From assembly GCA_002269645.1 (NCBI GenBank), contig NIVC01000884.1, forward strand, positions 124,001 through 188,000: a DNA stretch of 64,000 bases, read 5' to 3'. Under the pieces are notes generated by a model that had not been told where the DNA came from, ran no database searches, and was given only the letters and a program-made list of their open reading frames with translations. Shown in pieces: positions 33,681 to 46,100 of this stretch (position 1 is the first letter of the stretch; the number at the start of each line of letters is the position of its first letter). This stretch comes from Macrostomum lignano. Its lineage: Eukaryota. The position numbers and the translations under genes were made by a program.

Positions 33681-36630
33681 TTCGGGAAATTGAACGATGA
33701 TACTAATTGACTGATCAACTATTGTTAAATACACTGGGAGACAAATAAAGCGGCTCATGACACTTGTGATGTCCAATGTCTACTACTGATACAGAATGCC
33801 GCTGCAATGTAGCAAAAACAAAAGATTTTAATTTCGATTTTGGATACTTGCTGTGATCGATGCTTATTATTGGTGTGTTTTTATTCAAATTTCTTCCTTG
33901 AACAAAAAGCTCAAATGACAAACCTTGAGATCGTAATTGCTTGATTGTTCGAGTTTGAAGCAGTCTTAAGCTCGACAAGCGTGGACAACGGAAGTTTCTA
34001 AGACAGGAGGAAGCTACACTAGATTTTCTTAGAAATGAACTGTACGCTGGTAAGCAACATATATATTTGTCGTATCGCTGCAGTGCAGTTAGTGTACTCT
34101 TGAGAAATCTGGAGGGGGGTCTTTCTCGAAAGCGACTTCCGGTGTGCCATAGACGTAAGTTAGGGAGGAAGCACTTATAGTTTGCTCGAAAGGCTCGCAA
34201 CTTGACGCGACGTACGATCGATCGCAACTTTACGCAAAGGACAGTTTCTCGAAAAGAGAGTAAGTCTATGGTCCTGCTTAATATCGATCGTAAATCTGCG
34301 CCTGTTCGAGACCAAGCGAAAGTAGACATGAGCCCCCAACTTCATTCTCATCAGAGACCATCGCGCATCTAACCGATCCACTCGGGGCCGATGAGCTGCT
34401 CAGACACAAACAGACCGTTCGGATTGGAACGGGCGCATGCGTTGAACCACCAGCCGCCGCTGCCGTGGTAGGCGTTCGAACAGACAGCCGCAAACATGTC
34501 GTTGTCCTGATCCGTGGTAGAAAACATCATGCCGTTCTGGTAGTCAAGATGGTTAAAATCAATATTCGAACTGTTAGAAACGATGGGTCCAACTGTCATT
34601 GTGTAATTCGAGTGGAGATCCCGAACGCTGAAGTTGGAGTACACCTGGTAGAGCGACTCGTTGCGCCATGTGACCAGTTGAACTAGCAGAGCAACTCCGT
34701 TAGCATCGCACGAAGTAAGCCGGTGTATGGCTTGCAGACCTGCGGGAGTTGCGGCCCGTGACTTTCCAAAACAGGCACGACACGTGTTCCGTGGGAAATA
34801 TGGCAGGCATGGATAGGTAAATCAGACTTGCACTTAAAAATCGAGCTAACTTGCTTGACAGCTTTCGGTTTTCGCCTCAAACTTCATGGGCGTGACAGTT
34901 AATAGCAGTTATCGATTGGCTTGAAAAAACTTGATTCCGAAATTATAAATGAGTGATATTAGGCATTGAGTGCTATGCGTGTAAAATCGAATGCGAATAT
35001 GCATTAAAACTACTGTTAGTAGTTTCCGTTTGAGAGAATATTAGTTAAGGTTAGATAAGGGGTTAGCATGATTCAGTAAGAATAAGGAAGCAGTTGGTTA
35101 GGAGGCCCTAAATTCTTGCCCCTAGTTTTGTCTCGCATAGAGACGCCTAACCGCAGTACCACTGTGACACTTGTCTCTGCCTGGCTGAAAGCTTGTAATG
35201 AGTTAGTAGGCTGGGTTGGAGGGTAATAGTCGATCAGGAAGGGCTGTGGGTAGCTGTATGGGAAGGCAGGCCTAACCTGTTCCAGTTGATGCTCTGGCGG
35301 AGTGTCCTCCCTCCCTCGGAGTGTCCTCCCTCCCTCGGGGTGTCCTCTGAGCGAACAGCCAGCGACTCTATTAAAGCTGGAGTGTGCCAGAACCAGGACT
35401 GAGTCTGACCAGGACGGGGCCGTTGGCACGGCCTAATAGAAATGGCGGGTTGGCGAAGCAAAGGGTGAAATAGTCCCGGCGATTAGCCCTCCTGCCGCTT
35501 CAAAGATAAGAGACTGTCAGGCAAGAGTACCCGGGGTTTAGTGAGGGGGGGAGGCTCCTCGAGGGTAGCCACGGCCGTGGGGGCGGTCAAATGACCGGTT
35601 TTTGGCTCTTCTAACCCGGAGAAGGCACGGGCTTCCCTGATTGGTTCACTCAACCCCCTCTGGCCCCGGGTAGGTTTTGATTTGAGCTTGGAGTAGGCTT
35701 AACGCCCCGAAGGCAGGGGGTAGGGCCCGCCCTTTGCCCGACTGGTGTTGCCTGCTCAGCTTGTTGGCCACAGTCACTCTCACTCTAGCTTAGAAACCTT
35801 GTGTACATTCGTACACTCCCAATCTGGAACCCAAATTATCACGTGTGGCGTAAGAGCCTGCTCAATGGCTGAGGCGCCAGATTTACTTATTTTAGTTAGT
35901 TAGTTAGAGGCCCCAAAAGTCTCGCCTCTGCTAATTCTGAAACTGTAAAACATTTTGCTACTCAAAATCGATATTATTATACGCTAAATAAAAATTTTAG
36001 AAAAGACAGAAGGGAGAGAGGAGAGAAAATAGGGGAGGGGAGGAAAACGGAGAGAACTGAGAAGAGAGCTGAGAAGAGACACAAACCTTGAGCGGGCCGG
36101 ATTGCTATTGTGAAGTTTCAAAGGACCCGATCAGGGCCGGGTAGAGAGGCTTCTGCCGACCCCTGCCCTAGACCGTTCGATCACATGCTGTAATACAGCA
36201 TTTTGAAGAGTCAGAGAGCCGAGCTCACCAATCCAGTAGTTGATATCGTCGCCGAAGCCAGACTCGTAGACAATCCATGGCTGCTGAAAGTCGGCGTCGC
36301 TCACCCGCTGCTGCATGGGGCAGAAGTGGCGACCGTCAGTCATTGTCACGATGGTACGCTTGCACGGAGACCCGAAGGCTGTTTGCGTAAAGTAATCAAT
36401 AAATTAAAACTATTTGCAGCATTTCAATCGAACGGAACTGGTGAATGATGTTGTTCTTCATTTTGTAGTTAGCCAGCGTTCTTCAAAGAATATAAAACAG
36501 CTTTTTCCTAATACAAACGTTTATTCAAGTCCGATTAAACCGTTAAAAATGTTAAAAATGAGATTTGATTTAAAGGCTGGGCCTGTTCGAGTGACTTCTG
36601 TCACCTCACCTGCCCGTTCTTTCAGGCCGG

Positions 36631-37722
36631 TGTTATGGTTTAGGATCTCCGGGGGTCCGGTCAGTTTAGGGTGTCCGGGGCGGAGACCCTAAACGGTTTA
36701 GGATTTCCCCTGGAGACTTCTAACGGTTATGGGTCTCCGGGGTAGGAGATCTGAAACCGTTTAAGGGTCTCCGGGGCATTTTCAGGTCTCCGCACCCGGA
36801 GATCTTAAACCAGTTTCTGATCTCCCCCCAGGAGACTCTAAACCAGTTTCAGCTCTCCGTCAGGGCCGCAAAAACATAGTCCTGGTTTAGGATCTCCGGT
36901 TTCCGATCTCCCCCCCCCCATTTGTGTAAAACCAATGGTCATGGTATTGAACGCGTACATGTATAAGAAGTGGAAAGGCATTTTTATCATCAACGTAGCA
37001 TTAGTTTTATATGTATATGCTCGCACAACTGTGTATTTAAATGGAAAACTGTTTACTGTTAAAGTAATGAAGTAAATGTCCGCTTAGTGAAAAACCGGTG
37101 ATGCACTTTCAGCCGGTGCTTGGAGGAAGCATCTCTTGAGGTGTTTCCCATTGACACACCTGGTTAGTCCTCCTAGCCTGTACACGTTTTGACCAAGACA
37201 CCTGGTCACGATGTAGACTTGCTGACTCCAAGTGTATCGCATCTTACCACCCTTCCGATCGTCCCTGCGAAGATTGCGAAGCCTAACTCTGTCCCCTCGC
37301 TTCAGATCCTGAACCCCAGCTGCTCCCACGGTGTGACCAGCTCGCACCTGTCACAAGACTCGACCACTGCCTTGGCAATCGGTGTGACGGGGAGGTCAGC
37401 ATAGTATCGTGCAGTAAAAAGGCTCACTGTGCTGTTGACACCCACGTGACTTCCTTGCGAGTGAAGTCTCCAAAATGTGCAAAGCCTATTGAAAGTTACG
37501 CAAGACTGCTCACACTTTGGGGTGCCAATCTCGATGTACACAGAAGTAGCTATAATTTTCATATAGAAAAGAACCGCGGAGATCCTAACACGGCGGAGAC
37601 CTGTAACTCTATCTTATGTTATGGTTTCCGATCTCCGTGTGGGCGATCTTAAAATGACACAATTTTCAGTTTGTGATCTCCGGGCCGGAGACCCTAAAAC
37701 GCGGAGATCCTAAACTCTAACA
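36631..37722 (-). mobile_element. Ginger-type (Gypsy-integrase-related) DNA transposon, internally deleted
   Basis: Termini TGTTATGGTTTAGGATCTCC and GGAGATCCTAAACTCTAACA. TSD CCGG at 36627-36630 and 37723-37726. The minus strand encodes an HHCC zinc finger (LHSQGSHVG..T..ARYY..CDRC) next to a GPY/F-like tail (GDRVRLRNLRRDDRKGGKM..W..VY...VNGKHLK); the DDE core is absent. Confidence 0.85.
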
Positions 37723-38264
37723 CCGGAGCTGTAGGCCGGATGGCCATCAGTGTTAAGAACTCCGGGTTCCTCGTTCGACATCCGACACTCGGAACTGCTC
37801 GGCGAGTAGCTGAATGTCAGACAGTCGCTACGGCTGCTGCTCAAAGCGGCGCAGTGAATCTTGCTGCTGGCAACCGATCTCGCCACCTTAGCAAACTCGG
37901 AGACAGACTTCAGCGAATTCGATTCGAGTAGGAACTGACGAATCACTGCAGATGGAATTCGATAGATTGGTGGACACCCTCTTACTTAGGTGGGTGCCCC
38001 AACCCCCTGTCTGCTAGGCTGGTGGACGCCAAGTCCTAAAGATGTCAAAATTTGAGCTTCTGTCCTTCGACGAGCTTCTTTCGTCCAGTTTTTGTGAAGG
38101 TGTTTAGGGGGGGGGGGGCGCTGCCCCCCTGACCCCCCTGCGTACGCCACTGCCCGTTGCGACTTTCCATGCAAAATTTCGAATTCCGCATGAATCTATT
38201 TCAATATGGGATTCGAATGGTCACTATATCGTAATTGTTCATGAGCAAGTCGGGGCATGCAAAT

Positions 38265-38468
38265 GCACCCTGACTCACTTTATGCGACATTGTCACACAA
38301 CCGGCGAGATGCATTGCTGCCGGCCCCATTCCAACGACTCCCCTGAGCAGGCACACAACCGCGCAGATACGTACGCAGTCATGTGACTGCACTTTGGAAT
38401 CGAGCCTGGGCCGCTGGCGCATCATAACGCCGAGCCCGACTACATGTACATGTACTAGACTACGGCCT
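38265..38468 (-). mobile_element. SINE family A copy, internally deleted, with tRNA head
   Basis: The reverse complement reads AGGCCGTAG...GGCGTTATGATGCGCCAGCGGCCCAGGCTCGATTCC, joined to the 3' body. Confidence 0.75.
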
Positions 38469-39150
38469 CTTTATATTTTTGGTCCTTCTTTGAATTCGGA
38501 AATAAAACTGAGTTGCAGAAAAACATCTTATTAATTCAATAAAGAAATACTAGAGGCTCTAAACATTTTCGGGTCTTTCGTCAAATAATTTTTTACTGAG
38601 TTAGGGTGGCGGCCACCACATTGAATGATTAACACGGTATAATTAAAAGCAAAGACACCAGTTGGAAAGCAGTACCGTTGTTGTTTACTGACGCCTACAC
38701 GTGCGTAGTAACAAAACCCGTGAAAAAAGCAGTTTTGGCACATTAGAATAGCCACGATCAGGATGTGAGCTCAGCTTACCCATTGCCGAGTCAACACTGG
38801 GGCAGCAGGTGTTAGTCCAGATCAAGCACAGCACAGCACAGAAGGACTGCAGACAGCAAAGGTTTGTCGCCATGCTGACTGCTCCTGAGACTTTTTGCTG
38901 AGCCAGCAGAAACAAGATGGAGAAACAAAGACGATGAGATTACCATGGCCTTATTGGTCTCAGCTCAACTCTCCAATCAGATTGTTCAATGCATGGACAC
39001 CTGAAGTAGGAGGAAGCTGAACTCGACTGTGTTAAATCATCATTGATATATCTTGTGGCGTCGCCATGGATTTTCTGTTGGGGGAACAAAGCCAAGAATT
39101 CTACATGTACCTTATTTTCAGAGTTGTTGTTGTTAGCGCTCATTCATTTT

Positions 39151-39297
39151 GGCGCCGCAGACACAAATTTTGGCGCCGCAGGCGCTATGTTTTGTCGCCC
39201 TGAATAAAAACTATTGATTTCCATAACGGGTCACAAGGTTGGGTGGGGGGGGGACAAAGCATTGGCATGTCCCCCCCCCCGGGTGGCGACGCCCCTG
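39151..39297. repeat. Short dispersed repeat ending GGTGGCGACGCCCCTG; second copy inverted at 59213-59353
   Basis: Shared ATTGATTTCCATAACGG..ACAAGGT.GG and a GGCGACGCCCCTG terminus. Confidence 0.7.
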
Positions 39298-39874
39298 AGT
39301 ATCACACATAATCGCATCATATCAGTTCAAGACATTTGGTCTTGCTCAATCAGCTTACCCTCACTATACTTGTTATGCTACCTGTTACCTGTGTAAACTC
39401 AGTAAAATAATTTTCAACGCATAGGAAAGGTCACTGATTTAGAGTGATTGGGTGGACACAGCACACGATATCTGTATTTCATCACGTTTTTCAAATTAAA
39501 AAGAAAACCATTCTCAAATAAAAATGGATTAAAAAATGTTCGAAAAATAATCACAGACAGCTAGGCGAGTAGAAAAAACCGACAAAAGTGCAAAAAGGTA
39601 AACTAGGCTCACACGCGCTTTTATATCAAAACAAGCTGTTGAAACCCGCGGATTTTGAACCCGAGGAATTCCAATACCCGGAACTACTTTTGCATGTATT
39701 CTGAAATCTAAGGCCATACACAAACAAAAACTTGTTAATAGTTAGTAGGATAGAGGTAGACATAAAATGGAGCACATTTGTCTAAAATTAGGGTTTGAGA
39801 CATTGTTGGCTGGGGTACTGCGCAGAATGTCAGGCAATGTCTGTCTGTCTCTAAAACATATATTGCTAAACTCT

Positions 39875-40170
39875 GGTCTCTCCCTGACTCTCCCTACGTC
39901 CCTTGGATCCTTCTATCGTCTCTTTGTTTCCTCTCATCTCTCTTGTCCCTCGTCTCTCCTCTCTCCTCTCGTATCTTCCCTTATCTCTCTTCTCTTTCGT
40001 CTCTTGTCTCTTCGTTTCTCTCTCCTCTCCTTTCTCCTCTCTCCCCTCTCCTCTCTCATCTCTCCCCTCTTCTCTCGTCTCTTCCCTCACCTCTTTTCTC
40101 TCTTGTCTTTGCTCTCTCATCATTCATTTCTCTTTTTTTATCTTTTATCTCTTCTCATTTCTCTCTGCTC

Positions 40171-40266
<96 letters not shown>

Positions 40267-40930
40267 GTCTTTCTCTCTTATCTCTCCTTCTCTCTCTCCC
40301 TCTCCTCTTTCCGCTCCTCTCTCCTCACTCACTTCTCTACCTTTGTCTCTCCTCTCTCCTCTCGTCTCTGTAACCTCTCCTCTGTTCTCTCTACTCTCCC
40401 ATCTTTTATCTGTTCACTCTCGTCTCTGCTCTCTCATCCTCCCTCTTTAATCTGGCATCTCTGTCTTATATGTTCTCTCACCTCTCTCCTCTGTACTCTT
40501 TTCTTTCCCCTCTTTTGACTCCTCACTTTCCTTTCTCCTTTCTTCTTTTCTCTTCTCTTCCCTTTTCTATACTCTGTCTCCCTCTCTTCTCTCACTCCAC
40601 TCTCCTCTCTCTGTTATCTCTTATCTCTCCTTCCACCTCTCATCTCTAGAACCTTAGAGATGTAGAGATGTATCTTTATCTCTTCTCTCTTCCCTTTACT
40701 CTCTCATCTCTTCTTTCACCTGTTTCCTCTCTGCTCTCCTCTCTGCTGTCTCCTCTCTCCTCTCATCTGCAGCTCTCTGCTCTCTCATCTCTACTCTCTC
40801 CTCTCGCTTTTCCTCTCTCCCCTCTTCTCCCCTCTCTCTCATCGTCCTCACCCCCTCATCTCTCCTATTATCTTTTATCTTTTCTTTTATCCCCTCTGTC
40901 GCCTCTCCTCTCTTCGAATCGTCTATTCCT
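39875..40930. repeat. CT-rich low-complexity region with (CT)n core at about 40175-40260
   Basis: Seen directly. Confidence 0.95.
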
Positions 40931-41879
40931 TCTTCTTTCCACTTTCATCTGCCCCTCAGCTATGAGCTGGATTCTTTATCTGGCCTTTGAGGTAAAAGTC
41001 TGCCCATCCCTGCTTGGAAAGCCAGTTTGTGGGACGTAGTACTCTCATGGTTGTTCTCATGCTTTGATCACGTCATCTTTCTTGCCAATTTGCAGTCCTG
41101 AAAGGAATTTGTGTATCTTCAGCTCCACTGCAGTCTGCATCAGTCTAAAAACCAAGGAAAAACGCATTTCTTAGGAGGCCATTTAAAATTTACATAGTAC
41201 CTTTAAAAGAAACCTAAAATTTCCCTGGTGTGCCTAATTTAGTAGGGTTGTATTGCATTGCATCGCATCGCCTTTTCATAAATCTTTAGCTTTTACAAAC
41301 CATGCTGGATTCCCTCAATTTGCCAATTGCCATCCAGTGTTAAACTGCTGCAGAGTTTGCCAATACAGAGGGGAGGGCAGTGGTTAGAATTTCTCACTAA
41401 ACTGTTATGGCTAAACGTAGCCTCTCCACTCTCGGGGTGCAGAGAAGGCTATAAATAAAGTTATTCCAAAACACTGTACATTTGCTATGTACATTCAGTC
41501 CTATCGCCTGACCCTTCGTCTGGCTCTGGGCAATGAGTGAGTGAGTGGCACAAACAACAGAAAAAGCAGACAAACTTCACATGCTTACAGTTTCTTTTTC
41601 GGTTGAGTTACAGAGTTGAAACTTTACATTTAGACAGAGAATGAGTCAATGAAGAATTGTGTTAAGTTTGAAGTCAATCGCTTTACGTGGAGCAAACTTA
41701 TGGCAGCTGAAAGTTAGTCAATTTTGAAACCCTTTTACACATCTGGGGCTGGGCCCAGATCGGGAAAGAGAGGCAGGCGGGCGGACATTGGGGTGGTTGC
41801 TACGCTGAAAAAAACAGCCTAACTTTAAAAGTGCACAGCGGCTTTCAGGATTAACTTTGAGATTTGAAATTTTACACGA

Positions 41880-42179
41880 TTGTGTCAAAATAGGTGAAAA
41901 TTGCCTGTGTCAAATTTGAAGAGAATCGGTAGAAGTGGAGCGGCGCTATGGAGGATTAAGTGAAAAAATCGCACATTTTGAGCAGTTTTTTGTACTTTTA
42001 GGTAGGAAGACTCAAATTTAGGAAATTAAAAGGTAGCCTAAGACATTCTCCGTAGTAAGTTTAGGGTGGGTGTAAAGTTTGGTGTAATTTGGTTGAGCGG
42101 TTTGGGAGTCCATAGCGATCAAAATTGTCCACACACAGACAGACAGACAGACAGAGTTTTGATTTTTATATGTAGAGAT
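41880..42179. mobile_element. Possible non-autonomous Helitron-like element end with (GACA)n
   Basis: GGTTGAGCGGTTT...ACAGACAGACAG...TTTTTATATGTAGAGAT resembles Lep1-like Helitron termini from memory; boundaries are uncertain. Confidence 0.35.
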
Positions 42180-42547
42180 GGCACAAGAAGCAGATTATTT
42201 TGTGGCGTCGGGGAACAACCCTCTCTGGATTAATGCGAAATGGAATGGCGTCGGGGAACAAAACTTCAAAACTTCATTTTGTGGCGTCGGGGAACAACCC
42301 TCTCTGGATTAATGCAACATGGAATGAAATGAAGGCAGCAAACTTTGCACCAATTTTATGTTCAAACAATTCAATTTGGTAATTATGAATATAGCATAGT
42401 TGTAGCACCGAACAGAAGATATTTACGCTCATACAGCCTAATATTGTTCTTGTCAGTGCAGATACATGAAATTATAAATGGTATTGAGCAGTTGAGAGCA
42501 TTGAGACAAATGAACTTCAGTTATAAGCCCAATCGGAGCCTACTAGG

Positions 42548-43035
42548 TGTTGCGGCTTTGGGGTTGGGGACAGGCTGGGAGTGAGGTGGGTGCTGCGGCA
42601 TTGGAGGTTGGGGACAGGCGGGGAGTGAGGTGGGTGCTGCGGCTTTGGAGGTTGGGGACAGGCGAGGAGTGAGGTGGGTGCTGCTGCATTGGAGGTTGGG
42701 GACAGGCGGGGAGTGAGGTGGGTGCTGCGGCTTTGGGGGTTGGGGACAGGCGGGGAGTGAGGTGGGTGCTGCGGCATTGGGGGTTGTGGACAGGCGGGAG
42801 TGAGGTGGGTGCTGCGGCTTTGGGGGTTGGCGACAGGCGGGGAGTGAGGTGGGTGCTGCGGCTTTGGGGCTTGTGGACAGGCGGGGAGTGAGGTGGGTGC
42901 TGCGGCTTTGGGGTTGTGGACAGGCGGGGAATGAGGTGGGTGCTGCGGCTTTGGGGGTTGTGGACAGGCGGGGAGTGAGGTGGGTGCTGCGGCTTTGGGG
43001 GTTGGGGACAGGCGGGGAGTGAGGTGGGTGCAGCA
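42548..43035. repeat. 44-bp G-rich minisatellite just 3' of the CARMIL stop
   Basis: GTGAGG recurs every 44 nt. Confidence 0.92.
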
Positions 43036-43138
43036 TTCGGCAGTTGTAAAGGGGGGCTAAAACAGACAGTGCTAGCGATGCTACGCGTAAATACACCGTG
43101 GGTCCAGTATGTAATGGCGTAGAGTGAAATCAGTCGCA

Positions 43139-46100
43139 TCAGGCGTCGCACTCAGAACCCGGTGAGTCGTTAATCTTAGCATTTCCGCCCCGCTTTCTTG
43201 GTACAGGCACTGGCGCTCGCGCCTCCTCGGGAGCTGGTGTGTCAATATTCTTTTTTCTCAATGGCTTGCACGGCGGTTTTGGTGGCACTGACGGCGGCTG
43301 GTTCTTCTGGTTCTGCTGATGCTGCTGTTGCGGGCGAGGCATTGGCATGCTCATCGCCAGGCCCGGAATTGCCACAGCACCGGGTGGCACTCGGATTCCT
43401 GGAGGAGGATTCAATTGCTGTGTCAAAGTCGTCGTCTTTGGCGGCGTCTTTGGCGGCGGCGTCGGTGGCGGCGGCGTCGGTGGCGGCAGCGTCTGCGACA
43501 GCGGCGTCGGCGGCGTCGGTGGCATCAGCGGTGTCGGAGGCAGGGGCTTCAGAGTCTGAGGCGTCGGTGGCTCTGGCATCGGTGGTGTCGGTGATGGCGG
43601 CGTCGGTGGCTCTGGCGTCGGTGGTGTCGGTGATGTCGTCGTCGGAGGCAGGGGCTTCAGAGTCTGAGGCATCTGTGGCAGCGGCCTCGGCGGCAGCTCC
43701 CGAGAGCTGTCTTCGCCACTAACGACACCGTTGACCGGCGCCGGCGGTTGTTTTCGCGACGTTGGCAAGCGTCGATTTTTGTCGCCAACAGGCCGATGGG
43801 TGTGCGCCAGTGCGGCTGTCGGCTTTGACGGATCCCAGTCATCTTCGCTAAGGCTTAACTCCTCGACATATTCTTCATTGAGAGTTTCTGGCGAATCAGG
43901 AGCCGGATGTTGATGCGGCGTCGAAGATTTATTAGAAGCCGGAAACAAGGAGAGCGGGCGGCCCCGGCTGTTGTGGCCAGACTGGGACGCCTCCATGTTG
44001 CGGCGCAGGGTTGGCACGAATACTTTGTTCCGGATCAGCGAGTTCTGCATTGGAAGGCGTGATTTGTCTTAGGGGGGGAATTTTAGGAACCTACTAGTGT
44101 TCCATTTGAGTGTCCGAGGTGCGTTCGAGGTGAGTGTCCGAGATGAGTGTCCGAGATGCAGTGCATGAGATGAGTGTCCGAGGTGAGTGTCCGAGGTGAG
44201 TATCCGAGATGATTGCATGAGATGAGTGTCCGAGATGATTGCATGAGATGAGTGTCCGAGGTGAGTGTCCGAGATGCTGTGCATGAGATAAGTGTCCGAG
44301 GTGAGTGTCCGAGGTGAGTGTCCGAGGTGAGTGTATGAGATGAGTGTCTGAGGTGAGTGCCCGAGATGAGTGTCGGAGATAATTGTCCTATATGGGTGTC
44401 CGAGTTGGAGTGTCCGAAAAGAGTCAGTAAAATTTTATTCGCAACTATTTGAACATTAAATAGATCAGCTCATTTTACCGTATTTGAAGCTGACAAGAAG
44501 TCTTCAGCTTACCAAAGAGCCCGTCGACTGGTGCAAGTTACGAATGGCCACTTCCTGCAGGTGGGTAGTAATCACCAGAGCGCTGTTAAGCTTGAGAACG
44601 CTGAAAATAAGTTAGCAATGAAGTCAACTTAGACATATCATTGGGGCACTGAGCATTGTGGAAAATACACCGATTATGACAAAGAGTGACACAGAGTGTG
44701 ACAAAGAGAGTGACACGGAGTATATTAAAAGGAGTGACACCGAGTGTGACAAAGTGAGTAACAATAGGGAGTGACACCGAGTGTGACAAAGTGAGTAACA
44801 ATAGGGAGTGACACCGAGTGTGATAAAGTGAGTAACAAAAGGGAGTGACACCGAGTGTGACAAAGGGAGTGACACCGAGTGACAAATAGAGTGACACCGA
44901 GTGACGTCACAAAGAGAGTGACACCGAGTGTGTCAAAAGAGTGACACCAAGTGTGACAAAGGGAGTGACACCGAGTGTGACAAAGGGAGCGACACCGAGT
45001 GTGACAAAGGAAGTGACACTGATTGTGACAAAGAGAGTGACACCGAGTGTGACAAAGAGAGTGACACCGAGTGTGACAAAGGAAGTGACACCAATTTTGA
45101 CAAAGGGAGTGACACCGAGTGTGACAAAGGGAGTGACACCGAGTGTGACAAATAGAGTGACACCGAGTGTGTCAAAAGAGTGACACCAAGTGTGTGACAA
45201 ATAGAGTGACACCGAGTGTGACAAAGAGAGTGACACCGAGTGACGTCACAAAGAGAGTGACACCGAGTGTGTCAAAAGAGTGACACCAAGTGTGACAAAG
45301 GGAGTGACATCGAGTGTGACAAAGGGAGCGACACCGAGTGTGACAAAGGAAGTGACACTGATTGTGACAAAGAGAGTGACACCGAGTGTGACAAAGAGAG
45401 TGACACCGAGTGTGACAAAGGAAGTGACACCAATTTTGACAAAGGGAGTGACACCGAGTGTGACAAAGGGAGTGACACCGAGTGTGACAAAGGGAGTGAC
45501 ACCGAGTGTGACAAAGGGAGTGACACCGAGTGTGACAAAGGAAGTGACACCGAGTGTGACAAATGGAGTGACACCGAGTGTGACAAAGGGAGCGACACCG
45601 AGTGTGACAAAGGGAGTGACACCGAGTGTGACAAAGGGAGTGACACCGAGTGTGACAAATGGAGTGACACCGAGTGTGACAAAGGGAGCGACACCGAGTG
45701 TGACAAAGGGAGTGACACCGAGTGTGACAAAGGGAGCGACACCGAGTGTGACAAATGGAGTGACACCGAGTGTGACAAATGGAGTGACACCGAGTGTGAC
45801 AAAAAGAGCGCCAGAGCAGTTGCTCTCATAACTCACGACAGCTCAGCGGCCAGTGCGGGTCCCGCAGACCGGCTCAGCGCCTCGGCCACGCGGGCCAGGC
45901 CGATGCGGCAGCGGGAGTTCTCGCCGTGCAGCTGGGCCTTCAGCGAGTCGGCCAAGCCGGAGTCCTCGGCGAAGCTGGTCGGGCAGGCGGCAGCGGCCAG
46001 GCGCAGCATCTCGGACTGGGCGGCGTCCAGGTCGGCGGACAGAGCCGCGTGCGACGGCGCCGGCAGGTCGGCGGTCAGGCAGCGGCTTATTGCAAAGTCA

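Larger units (their letters stand above)
34369..38873 (-). pseudogene. PAN-FReD paralogue 3, transposon-interrupted (probable pseudogene)
   Basis: Exons 38873-38780 (signal peptide MATNLCCLQSFCAVLCLIW), 37945-about 37723 (PAN, cut by the transposon, one Cys changed to Ser), 36378-36229 and 34739-34369 (FSTTDQDND, GWWFNAC..NPNG). Stop at 34369, with the WSLMRMKL tail in another frame. Confidence 0.8.

Noticed and set aside
35065-35880. GC-rich intronic segment as a solo LTR or HDV-like ribozyme
   Set aside because: It has hairpins and a CCAAT on the minus strand, but I found no TSD, second copy or ribozyme topology.
39767-41039. Ser/Leu-rich or Arg/Glu-rich ORFs
   Set aside because: Products of CT/GA low-complexity sequence.
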